64,000 bases of DNA from Squalus acanthias (taxonomy: Eukaryota). The DNA lies in assembly GCA_030390025.1 (NCBI GenBank), contig CM059438.1, positions 59,522,001-59,586,000 on the forward strand. The letters are read 5' to 3'. The notes under the pieces are model-generated. The model saw only the letters and a program-made list of their open reading frames with translations. It ran no database searches and was not told the origin of the DNA. Shown here one piece after another: positions 49,232 through 60,290 of the stretch (within the stretch, counting starts at the first letter, position 1; each line of letters opens with the position of its first letter). A program made the position numbers and the translations under genes.

Positions 49232-50269
49232 CCAGTGCTACTCCGCCCGGTGCCTATGGCCAGTGCTACGCAGCCTGTTGCCTGTGGCCAGTGATACTCA
49301 GCCTGCTGCCTGTGATATTCACCCTTGTTTAGCCTGCATCTCCTGCATCTTACAGGTTAGTCAGCAACCTCTGAAATACAGCCAGCTGTTTGAGCGCAAT
49401 CTGACTCAGGGAAACATTTTATTAATAAAATTCCCGATGAATATTTAAACATGCGGTGTAAAGTGGTGGAGAGAGGAGTGAGGAGCCCACTCAGAGACAC
49501 CCCACCATGTCGCGGTGTCAGTCTTTGCACCAGTGTCCACCGATCATTGCTGCCAGTTTAAGCCTTTGCTGGAAAGTGCATCTGCGGTTGTCTACTTAAC
49601 CCGTTAATCACTGCAGTAGCATGGAGACAAGAGGAAGGTCTGATATAGAGTTTATTCACAGAATACAATCAATAAAGAAACATTCTTTGTGTTCCTAGCA
49701 CTGCTCTCGGCGCGCTCTCCAGCACTGACTGTTACCTTTGGCAGCAGGTGTTCCGTACACCTTAGTCGATGACAAAGACGAGAATTTCTCCATCAGCGTT
49801 GTGCCCTAAACGCGTTAACGGTTTCTTGGAGCCCAAGGCCGGGTTTGTGGGGTGGGGCGAGGAGCTAAAAGAAACCCAATCTGCTCGGACGCACAGGTAA
49901 GAGCAGCTTTTATTATCTGATTACTGTGACTGACAGGTTGATCTGGAAACAAACGGACTTTAACCGTTTCAGCTCAGCTTCCACTGGAACCACAGGGGGC
50001 TGGTGTGCTCTTGTGCAGAGCCAGCTGGACCAGGTGGCTGACTCCTGGTGCTGACTTGGGGCTGACAATGCACAAAAGCTTTCAACGTGCCTTTGACGTC
50101 AGGGAAGTTAGACGTAGGTTTGTGGCTTAGACAAGGATGCGTGTGATTAAAAATAAGTGCTGTTAAACGCTGTTCTCTTTATCTGAAGATCAAAATCTAA
50201 AATTTAGGTAAAAAAATATGTTCTTTCCAGATTCGGCATTCTGGTGAAGTATTGAGGGCACTGGACTTG

Positions 50270-50995
50270 GCCTGGGGCCGGAATGGGTCTCAATAGGCTG
50301 GCTGGGCCTGGGCCAGAATGGGTCTCACTAGGCTGGCTGGGCCTGGGCTGGAATGGGTCTCACTAGACTGGCTGGGCCTGGGCTGGAATGGGTCTCACTA
50401 GGGTGGCTGGGCCTGGGCCGGAATGGGTCTCAATAGGCTGGCTGGGCCTGGGCCAGAATGGGTCTCAATAGGCTGGCTGGGCCTGGGCTGGAATGGGTCT
50501 CACTAGACTGGCTGGGCCTGGGCTGGAATGGGTCTCACTAGGCTGGCTGGGCCTGGGCCAGAATGGGTCTCACTAGGCTGGCTGGGCCTGGGCTGGAATG
50601 GGTCTCACTAGACTGGCTGGGTCTGGGCCGGAATGGGTCTCAATAGGCTGGCTGGGCCTGGGCCGGAATGGGTCTCACTAGGCTGGCTGGGCCTGAATGG
50701 GTCTCAATAGGCTGGCTGGGCCTGGGCCAGAATGGGTCTCACTAGGCTGGCTGGGCCTGGGCTGGAATGGGTCTCACTAGGGTGGCTGGGCCTGGGCTGG
50801 AATGGGTCTCACTAGGGTGGCTGGGCCTGGGCCGGAATGGGTCTCACTAGGCTGGCTGGGCCTGGGCCGGAATGGGTCTCACTAGACTGGCTGGGCCTGG
50901 GCCGGAATGGGTCTCACTAGACTGGCTGGGCCTGGGCCGGAATGGGTCTCACTAGGCTGGCTGGGCTTGTGCCAGAATGGGTCTCAATAGGCTGC
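50270..50995. repeat. 35-bp minisatellite (GGGCCTGGGCTGGAATGGGTCTCACTAGGCTGGCT)n
   Basis: About 20 units, directly visible. Confidence 0.95.
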
Positions 50996-51401
50996 CGAAT
51001 ACTGTGGCATGGATCGAGAACACATTAAGCTTTACCAACCGATAGCGGGCATCAGTTTAAGACGCTGCATTGGCAATGGTTTTAGGCATTGTATAATACT
51101 GGGGCCGAAAAAGAAGCAATTCCGAGGTCAGAGTCAAGTATGTGCAGGTTGCTTGGCAACGCTGCCTCTCAGGCAAAACTATCAAGACAGCATAATACTT
51201 GCCACTCAATCTGAATTTGATACCTTTGATTTCACAGAAAACACAGAAACTCCCAGATGAGATAATGCAGTTATAGATAATTTACCATATAGGCTGCTGC
51301 CAAAGCACAGCAAATTGTTCAGTCTTGGAGTAATCCTTTTTTTGTTTGTTGCAAATGCTATTTTGCGACAGGGAAAAGCCGGGGCCTTCCCTCTCCTCCT
51401 T

Positions 51402-52139
51402 CTACATGATCGCACAGGAAGACAGCGGGTTTCGGAGCTGGCAGCTGCAGGCCGCCCCGCAGTACTGCTGGAAGGTCTGGTAGCAGCTGCGGTCAGCCTC
51501 CCCGCCCCACTGGCCCGGGTTGGCGGCGAGGGCCTCGGCTGGCAGCCGGGCGAGGATGCTGGTGTTGACGGCCAGGGCCGCCAGGCCGTAGTCGGTGAAC
51601 AGGACGGTCTCCCGGCGGCAAGTGGGGCAGGAGATAAACTTGTACTTGGGGCAGGACTCGTAGAGGATCTGCAGGCACTCCTCGCACACCGAGTGCAGGC
51701 AGGAGAGGATCCGTGGCCGCTTGTTGGTGGCATTGTACACGTGGCCGCAGGTGGGGCATTCCAGGGGCTCCGAGGTGGCGGACTGGTGAAGCACGTACTG
51801 GTTGACGATGACCTCGTCCGACGGCGTCTGCCGGTGGTAGCACATCTCTGCGCTGGCCTTGCGGTGGCCTTGGCCAAACTTCTCGCGGCGGGGCGGTGTC
51901 CTGGCCAGTCCGCCGGGGCTCCGGGCCTTCTCCAGGGCAGGGACGTCGGCGCAGGCCTGGTTCGCGATGATCTCCGACTCCAGGGGCCAGGCGCACCTCC
52001 CGACGAGCGGGGGCTCCCGGGCGCACTGCGAGGGTCCGTAGCGGGCCTGCGAGCTGGGGCAGTCCCCAAACTTCTCCGCCGGCACGATCTTCACCGCCTC
52101 CATCTTGATGGCGGCCTGCTGCTGTTTCAGGCACGCCAT
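51402..52139 (-). CDS. RNF208: RING finger protein 208
   Basis: MACLK...KMEAVKIV.EKF, EIIANQAC, DEVIVNQYV, EPLECPTCGH...SCLHSVCEECLQILYESCPKYKFISCPTCRRETVLFTDYGLAALAVNTSIL, SCYQTFQQYCGAAC..RNPLSSCAIM all match vertebrate RNF208. First ATG at 52139. Confidence 0.96.
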   Translation of the reverse strand: MACLKQQQAAIKMEAVKIVPAEKFGDCPSSQARYGPSQCAREPPLVGRCAWPLESEIIANQACADVPALEKARSPGGLARTPPRREKFGQGHRKASAEMCYHRQTPSDEVIVNQYVLHQSATSEPLECPTCGHVYNATNKRPRILSCLHSVCEECLQILYESCPKYKFISCPTCRRETVLFTDYGLAALAVNTSILARLPAEALAANPGQWGGEADRSCYQTFQQYCGAACSCQLRNPLSSCAIM

Positions 52140-53719
52140 GGGGAAGGGGGTGGGAGTCCGAGCTGCGGCTAGGCAGCCTGCTTCACAGGCAGGGGCTGTA
52201 CTCGCCACGCTGTCTGCCCATCTCTGCACCCTGCAGGCTTCCCTCTGTGCACCAGGATCCTTTACTCTCCATATAGCAGGCTCAGGCTGCAACACAATCA
52301 GCGGGAAACATCCTGAATCCTCCGCACAGCCTCCACCGGATCCAAACAGCCTGATATTTATCTAGTGAGGCTGACAGGTGCTCTCAGTGTCAGCTTTACA
52401 GCAGCACGATCCGACTTCTCTTCCTCTGCTGGACTCTCAATCTCTTACCGGCAGTGAATGCTGCACTATGAAGCAAGTGGGCAGGCGAGCGCTGCAAACA
52501 TGTTCTAGAAAAAGCCTCGATGACAGTGCTGAGTGAGCGGCAGAGAAGCTCTCATTCACTGAGGAGATCTCTCAGCTGAGGAATAGTGAGCTGCTGGAAG
52601 ATGCTTGGTTGAATCACGTTACCTGCACTTGCAGACAATCTGGTGCTTCCAGTTTCCAACGAGCACAGCCTCAGCCTTCCCTCTATTAGCGAAGTGTGTG
52701 TCTCTGTGTTGACAGTAAGGGCAGTGGCTGCTCTGCAGCTTGTTCTCTCTCTCTTGCTCTGTCTCTCCGAGCCCTCTGTTTACCTCTGATGGCAGTGTTG
52801 TCTGCAGCAGCACTGCAGTACTGCAGCTAGCTCACATTTCTCTCATTCAGCACCGTGTGGGGGGCTCCAGGCCGCAGTCCCTCAATGCAGGCTACCTCTG
52901 CAACTGAAGCCAACCTCTAGCTGCTTGCCTTTTTCATTCATGTGTCTAACCTTCAAAGGGCTCTCGCTGTGGTGCAATCGATGCTGAGAAAGCAGAGGAT
53001 GATGCTGTTGCCATTTCCTTCCTGAGTCACAGTGGCTTGGTGCTGCTACTGCAAGAGAAAGCAGCACCAGCTATTCCCCTGAGCACTTCACACCCTCCTA
53101 GCCAGCGAGGTCACCTCTAGATAGTTCACACACTTAACCCCTCCACTCTTCCTCTGTGTTAAGTGTTGACTGCTGCCTCCTGGCACCTCTGACTATCTCT
53201 GCTGTTTGATAATGGGCAATGACGAAAAGGAAACTATATTTGTTTTGAGTTCCTTTTGAAGTCTGTCTGCTTGACGTGTTTTTCACTCTCAAAATCTCTC
53301 AAGACAATGACATTTACTGAGTGTCTGTGAAGATAGCATTCGAATTTTAAACACAAAATGGGGTCTGCCAAACGGTTTAATTCCATGAGTGCTGCGAAAG
53401 GCAATTAAAGCAAATGTATTTAATTCATTGAGAAGTGCCAGTAAAGGGGCCCACAGTGCAGAAAAATCACACAGATCAAACAGGTTAGGAGAGATGACAA
53501 GGTGAATCAGGAAGCTGTGAGAAACTGACACCAAGCATGTATTTTAAAGGCCTGCTGATTATAACATGAACGGAAGAATGCGAGAGGTAAGGAGTCCCAT
53601 ACAGCACTAAGGTCCTCAGACAAGTTCAGTAGGAGCCTTAATTGTAGCACAGTGAGCAGCAAGCTGTGCTAAACATAGACCATAGAATAACTCAGCAAGA
53701 GTAAGGAATAAATGATGGG

Positions 53720-54605
53720 TCAATAACAGCAAGGTATGAGACACACGGAGCCAATAAGAACAAGGTATAGAGCACACGGAGCCAATAAGAACAAGGTATC
53801 GAACACACGGGGCCAATAAGAACAAGGTATGAGACACACGGAGCCAATAAGAACAAGGTATAGAACACACGGAGCCAATAAGAACAAGGTATAGAACACA
53901 CGGAGCCAATAAGAACAAGGTATCGAACACACGGGGCCAATAAGAACAAGGTATGAGACACACGGAGCCAATAAGAACAAGGTATAGAACACACGGAGCC
54001 AATAAGAACAAGGTATAGAACACACGGAGCCAATAAGAACAAGGTATAGAACACACGGAGCCAATAAGAACAAGGTATGAGACACACGAAGCCAATAAGA
54101 ACAAGGTATAGAACATACGGTGCCAATAAGAACAAGGCCTGAGGCACACAGGGCCAATAAAAACCAGATATAGATCCCATGGGGCCAATAAGAACAAGGT
54201 ATAGATCCCACGGAGCCAATAAGAACAAGGTATGGAAAACACGGGGCCAATAAGAACAAGGTATGGAAAACATGGGGCCAATAAGAACAAGGTATAGAAC
54301 ACACGGGGCCAATAAGAGCAAGGTATAGATCACACGGGGCCAATAAGAACAAGGTATGAAACACACAGGCCCAATAAGAACAAGGCCTGAGGCACACTGA
54401 GCCAATAAGAACAAGGCCTGAGGCGCACTGGGCCAATAAGAACAAGACCTGAGGCGCACTGGGCCAATAAGAACAAGGCCTGAGGCGCACTGGGCCAATA
54501 AGAACAAGGCCTGAGGCGCACTGGGCCAATAAGAACAAGGCCTGAGGCGCACTAGGCCAATAAGAACAAGGCCTGAGGAGCACTAGGCTAATAAGAACAA
54601 GGACT
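53720..54605. repeat. 31-bp CCAAT-containing minisatellite (GCCAATAAGAACAAGGTATAGAACACACGGA)n
   Basis: About 28 units in two sub-variants; degenerate units recur at 58350-58580. Confidence 0.95.
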
Positions 54606-54914
54606 GAGACATATAGGGACAACAAAAATGTTCTCTAAAAGCTAGAGGACGCTTGGACTCTTCCCCAGATTAATGGGTTAAAAGCCTTCTCTTTCTCTTG
54701 GCATTAAGATTTGTAAATAAAATGAGTTTAGAGTCTAGCTGACTCCCGCAGCTACAGTTGCAATGGGCACAACACAAGAATGACCATAAAATGGCACAAT
54801 TTGGCTTTAAATTAGAAATCTCACTCCACAAGATGTCAGATGTGAAAAAATATGACACTGGTACTTTGAGGAGTGCCCTTCTGAGGTTGATTTGGGACAG
54901 ATAGCTGCGGCAGA

Positions 54915-55160
54915 CAGGGGGAGCTATGTCCTGTATCTAACCCGTGCTGAGCTGAGAGTGTTTGATGGGACAATGTAGAGGGAGCTATGTCCTGTATCTA
55001 ACCCGTGCTGAGCTGAGAGTGTTTGATGGGACAATGTAGAGGGAGCTATGTCCTGTATCTAACTGCGCTATACCTAACTTGGGCATGCTTGATGGGGCAC
55101 TGTAGAGAGAGGTTAACTCTGTACCTAATCCGTGATTTACCGGACCTGGGAGTGTATTAG
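54915..55160. repeat. ~61-65-bp tandem repeat (tgtagagggagctatgtcctgtatctaacccgtgctg...gagtgtttgatgggaca), about 4 copies
   Basis: Directly visible. Confidence 0.8.
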
Positions 55161-55653
55161 GTATAAAAAGTGTTGCAGTCCCAACTGTAAAAGCCATCAG
55201 TTTAAGCATCATGAAAATCTCCAAAAAAATACAAATTTTAAAAAGTAAGAGAATCAAGTGAAAAAAGAATTTCAAAAATAACAGAACATAAGTGGGGAGA
55301 AATTCAGTATCGCCCCGTTTGGGGCGCGATTATCGGCCATGCGCAAAGTTTAGCACCTGGCGCTAATTATCGCCTCCGACGGCAAACTTGGCTTTTATCG
55401 CCCCTGGAGGTGATTGGAGCGCTAAATCAGGCGCTACACACCTCTCTTAAGGCGCAATGGCCGAGGAGCGAGGCGCTAACTCAGAGCGCGGGCGCAGCGC
55501 AGGTGCTGTCAGTTAGCCATGGAACACAGACACACTGGCGCCGGACAGTTCTTAAAGGGGAGGGTCGATCTTGCTCTCCAGCCACACCCTGCTCATTGGA
55601 GCCTTGAATTTCGGCCTGGAGAGACCTGTGCCTAAATCTTGCAACCAAGGACT

Positions 55654-56445
55654 ATGAAGAGGGCCAGGGAACGAGCACAGCGCTTCAGCAAGCGGGCCTT
55701 GGCGGCTCTGGTTGGCACGGTGGAGCGCAGAAGATCAATACTGTACCCAGAGAGTGGCAGGAGGCCTTTGCCGCGCGATTACAGAAGAGTGTGGAGGGAG
55801 GTGGCACAGAGCATCTCCTCCAGGAGCGTGGTGCCCAGGACCCATGTACAATGTAGAAAAAAGTTCAACGACCTCACTCGGGTCGTCAGGGTGAGTGGCT
55901 TTTTTTCAATACCTCTCCATCCCTCCATCTCAACCTCACTCTATGGCCAGAGGGTCTTAAAACCCCAATGCCCAACACTCATCCAACACCTATGGCCCTC
56001 TCATGAAACACACACACACATTCCACACTTTGCATACAGTAAGGGCTATTCACCTATGGGAGGCACATCAGGCAAGACCATGGCTGCATACAGTAAGGGC
56101 TATTCACCTATGGGAGGCACATCAGGCAAGACCATGGCTGCATACAGTAAGGGCTATTCACCTATGGGAGGCACATCAGGCAAGACCATGGCTGCATACA
56201 GTAAGGGCTATTCACCTATGGGAGGCACATCAGGCAAGACCATGGCTGCATACAGTAAGGGCTATTCACCTATGGGAGGCACATCAGGCAAGACCATGGC
56301 TGCATACAGTAAGGGCTATTCACCTATGGGAGGCACATCAGGCAAGACCATGGCTGTATATTTACTCAGACGCCGTCCTTTTTCTTGCAGGCCAAGCTAT
56401 CTCATACTAGGAGGCAGCAGCAACGGACGGGTGGAGGCCGAGGTT
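55654..56445 (+). pseudogene. Harbinger Myb/SANT-like DNA-binding protein (exon 55654-55890, intron, exon from 56391; appears truncated)
   Basis: RFSKRALAALV...VWREVAQSISS..RTHVQCRKKFNDL. Phase-0 donor gtgagt at 55891 and acceptor tttcttgcag at 56390 give AKLSHTRRQQQRTGGG. Confidence 0.85.
56032..56357. repeat. 51-bp tandem repeat, about 6 copies, inside the Harbinger intron
   Basis: GCATACAGTAAGGGCTATTCACCTATGGGAGGCACATCAGGCAAGACCATG-type unit, near identical. Confidence 0.95.
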
Positions 56446-56706
56446 TGTGGTCAAACTTTTGTTTAGTGTTTTGGACATTATCTCCAAGTTGTGAGAACCA
56501 GTTCTGTTAATGACTGTTTTTTTGTGTTTCTTTCTATTAGTTTGTCATGAGGAAATGACACAGAGTTTGTAAAATAAATAAGTTTTTGTTTTCAAAATGT
56601 ACATGTTTGGTCTTTGCAATCATTGCTGCCTTGGCCGGCTTAGTGGTTGCGGGTTGGTTTCCTTCATGTTGTTCTCAATGGCAGAAGCCATTTCCTCAGC
56701 AGGGGC

Positions 56707-57850
56707 CTAGAAGCGGCTTGCTATCAGCCGTTGACGGACGGCCCTTCCAGTTTCTACATTGTGGGCCTCCCTCCCGCCTTGGTGCTGCTGATGATCATCC
56801 TCCTCCTCTTCCTCCTCCTCCTCTGGTGGTGCTCCAAGGCCTGGTGGCATTGGCTGGGTCCTGAGGATTGCCAGGTTATGCAGCATGCAGCACACGACTA
56901 CGAAGTGGGAGACTCGCTCAGGCGAGTACTGCAGGGCTCCTCCAGAATGGTCCAGACAGCGGAACCGTTGCTTCAGCATGCCGATTGTGTGCTCAACGAT
57001 GTTCCTGGTAGCTTGATGGCTCTCGTTGTACCGCAGCTCAGCAGGGGTGTTTGGCGTACGGAGTGGTGTCATCAGCCAGGTGCACACCTTGTCCCCGAGA
57101 AGCCAACCACCTGGGTGATGCGGTGCCTGGAAAAGTTCTGCCACAGTAGTCTGGCGCAGGATGTATGCATCGTGGCTGCTGCCAGGATAGCGGGCATTGA
57201 CAGCGAGTATCAGCTGTCTATGGTCACAGACCAACTGCACGTTTAAGGAATGGAACCCCTTTCGGTTGCGGAAATCCTCTGCATTCTCATGCGGAGCACG
57301 CAAAGCCACATGCATGCAGTCAATGGCGCCCTGCACCATGGGGAAGCCCGCTATCCTCGCAAAGCCCATAGCTTGGCCGGGGTCATGGGGAAAGAGATGT
57401 ACTCTCGTCTCCTTTTATAGAGGGCATTTGTGACCTGACGGATGCAGCAATGGACCGCGAACTGGGAGATATTGGCGATCTCCCCAGTAGCTGATTGAAA
57501 TGAGCCGGTGGCATAAAAGTTGAGAGCCACTGTCACCTTCACTGCCACCGACAGAGACGTCCTGCTCCTCAGTTGAGGCTGCAGATCTGACTGCAGCAGG
57601 TGGCAGAGCTCAGTGACCACCTCCTTGCTGAAGTGCAGCCTTCGCAAACACTGCTCCTCAGACATATTAATATATGTGAATTGTTGGCGATATACCCTGG
57701 GAGGGTAAGGTCTCCTGTACAGAGGCCTGTTGGCCCTCCTCCGTCTGGCCATGATTGCCACTCTCTCTCTGCGTCTCTGTGTCCTCCGATTCTGGTGGCG
57801 CAGGACGATGCCCCCAATCAGTGCAGCCCCCACAGTCTCTTGGCAATCAA
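56707..57850 (-). pseudogene. Harbinger (HARBI1-like) DDE transposase, frameshifted near 57385
   Basis: VALNFYATGSFQ, GAIDCMHV, NRKGFHSLNVQLVCD, PGSSHDAYI, WLLGDK, TRNIVEHTIGMLKQRFRCL, CCMLHN. Confidence 0.93.
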
Positions 57851-59003
57851 AGTTATGAAGGTCAAAAACCAAAGTACCTGCAAAGTTATGGTCAGAAGCC
57901 AAAACTACTTCACACAGCGTTGACTCAATGCAGAAGTCTCTCTTTCTCTCTCTCAAAATCTCTCTCTCTCTCTCAGAACGAGTGGTGCAAAAATGTCTAC
58001 CACAGAAAAAGCCAGGAAGAGGCCCCCTTTAAATAGCACCCCCCCCCAGCCCCACAGCAACTGGGAAGCGTTCCAGTCTTCCTGTCGTTGGTTGCGCCAG
58101 GCGGAAAGGAGGGGGGCGCCACTCAATTTCCATTCTGGGGTGCCACAATGGCGTTGCACGCTCGAATGACGTCAAGATCTGCGTGTGCAGGAGATCGGGG
58201 CGGTATTGTTTAGCACCGCCGCAAAATGTCCGGTCAATTTCGCGAGAGGCGCAGATATCGCCGCGCCTGGGCGCTAGTTGCTTTGCGCCCCATTAGCGCC
58301 CTCTTAAGGCGCTAACGGGAGGCGCAAACCAACTGAATTTTTCCCCCAAGGGGCCATGGGAACCTGATTTAAACACACAAAGGGCTAATGAGAACCAGGG
58401 ATTAACACACTGAACCAATGAGAACCAGGTACAGAACACATTGAGCCAATAAGAACAATGTATAGACACACTGGATCACTGGAAACCAGGTATATAAATG
58501 CAACTTGTTGTTGTTGTATAGATACACTGAACCAATCAGAACTAGGTATAGACACACAGCCAATACAAACCAGGTATAGACATTTTGAGATTTTACCAAC
58601 AGTATTTGTCCCTGGAAGGGATTTTGGTTTAATTTTTATTATGATGTTGCTATGAAATTAGATTTTGTTCTTAAAGGGGTAACTCCTGGTGAGACACAAG
58701 CTATCTGAGATGTTTTAGGACAGATTAGTCCAATTAATAGACATGTTTTAATGTTAGAATGATTTACATAGTAAGGCGCCCAACAGGGGGCCTAGCTAAA
58801 TGGGAATGCAATTGCCATAGCTCCCATACCAAGGAGAGTTATCATTCAAGGGGGTAGCTTTGCTTGACAGTTCAGTAAGCCTAACCTCGACACAGATAGA
58901 TAAGGACAGATCAGAGGTGAAGCTTTGTATTTCTCTCTCTTTCTTTAGAAAGGGTAGTCCTGCTCAATTTGGCGTCTCGAACAGAGTGCGACAGGAGGGC
59001 TTT

Positions 59004-59440
59004 AGTCAGCCTTGGCTCAGTGGTTGTGCATTCGCCTCTGAGTTCAAGCCACACTCCAGCTTTTTGAGCACATAATCTAGGCAGACATTCCAGTGCAGTA
59101 CTGACTGCATTGTCAGAGGTGCCGTCTTTCGGATGAGACGTTAAACCGAGGCCCCATCTGCCCTCTCAGGTGGATGTAATAGATCCCATGGCACTATTCA
59201 AAGAGAAGAGGAGTTCTCCCTGGTGTCCTGGCCAATATTTCTCCATGAACCAACATCACTAAAGCAGATTATCTGGTCATTTATCTCATTGCTGTCTGAG
59301 ACCTTGCTGTGTGCAAATTGGATGCTGCATTTCCTACATTACAACAGTGCCTACACTTCAAAAAGTACTTCATTGGCTGTAAAGCATTTTGGGAAGTTCT
59401 AATAGTTGTGAAAGGTGTTTTATAAATTCAAGTTCTTTCT
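59004..59440 (+). mobile_element. Near full-length Deu-domain SINE (SacSINE1/AmnSINE-like core)
   Basis: tRNA-like head (tggctcagtgg, gagttcaagcc), core gtcagaggtgccgtctttcggatgagacgttaaaccgagg...gatcccatggcact and an L2-like tail. Confidence 0.8.
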
Positions 59441-60290
59441 TTGCTTTGTAAAGTTAGTGGCAGTTTAGGGGATTGCTGATTTGTAAACTGTGTTTAGCCC
59501 ATAACAAAGGGGGAAGCCACATATTTCTATTATTTTGAGCATATGAGGAGTAATAGAAAATAGAATTTCGCTGCGAAAACTATGTTCTATTCATTCATAT
59601 ACATCCAGCAAAATAAACCAGTTTGTTGGTTTACAATTGACCTTGTCTCACTAGGGTGGTTTTCAGTCAACCTTCCAAAAAGATAGGAGAACACAGGTGC
59701 TGGCATGTGCGAGATCACAGTACACCGTACACCAAACAAGGTCTTATTGTTACAGTCCCTGCATTATGCTATAGTTTAATTAGACATTGGGTAGTAAAGG
59801 AGCTCTTCAGTTTGTAGGTGACGTGAGGTCGCTTACGGGAGTGACTGGTGGCACTGAACCCAAGAGCGTCGGTGGGAGTTTCAGCGGCGGCAGTGGGCCT
59901 ATAAAAGGCTCCAGAGACCAGGTAAGGCCTCAGAGTGTCGGCGGGAGTTTCAGCGGCGGCAGTGGGCCTGTAAAAGGCTCCAGAGACCAGGTAAGGCCTC
60001 AGAGTGTCGGCAGGAGTTTCAGCGGCAGCAGTGAGCCTATAAAAGGCTCCAGAGACCAGGTAAGGCGTACCAGTCTCCGAACTCGGAGGGAAAAATAATC
60101 GAAGTGTGACGTCACCAAAAAGCAGGTAAGTGATTGGTTGGTGAGTATTTCTCTCTAAGCTTAAATTCTGTGGTGTTAAATTTCTAGGGTCTCTGTGGTG
60201 TAGTGGGGACAGTTGGTAAATAAAGCGCCCGAGAGTATATCTGTAACTGGGGTATTGAATACATTTTTAATTTAATTAAAGGAGTAGGTC

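Larger units (their letters stand above)
55293..58347. mobile_element. PIF/Harbinger DNA transposon with both genes in convergent orientation
   Basis: TIRs tggggagaaattcagt / actgaatttttccccc; 3-bp flanking repeat AAG (55290-55292 and 58348-58350); Myb/SANT ORF on + and DDE transposase on -. Confidence 0.95.

Noticed and set aside
51206..52172. Long overlapping alternative and antisense ORFs over RNF208
   Set aside because: Expected shadow ORFs of GC-rich coding sequence.
52140..52295. N-terminal extension of RNF208 in the ORF track
   Set aside because: Starts at a non-ATG codon beside a likely acceptor (tgttgcag near 52287); homology begins at MACLK.
53616..54625. Three long hydrophobic minus-strand ORFs
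   Set aside because: Translation of the 31-bp minisatellite cycling through all frames.
55891..56466. C-terminal repeat domain of the 275-aa ORF 55639-56466
   Set aside because: Read-through of an intron with clear donor and acceptor; the spliced form restores the expected RTGGG motif.
56707..57956. Domesticated host HARBI1 gene
   Set aside because: Flanked by TIRs and a TSD, frameshifted, and paired with a Myb ORF: a transposon copy.
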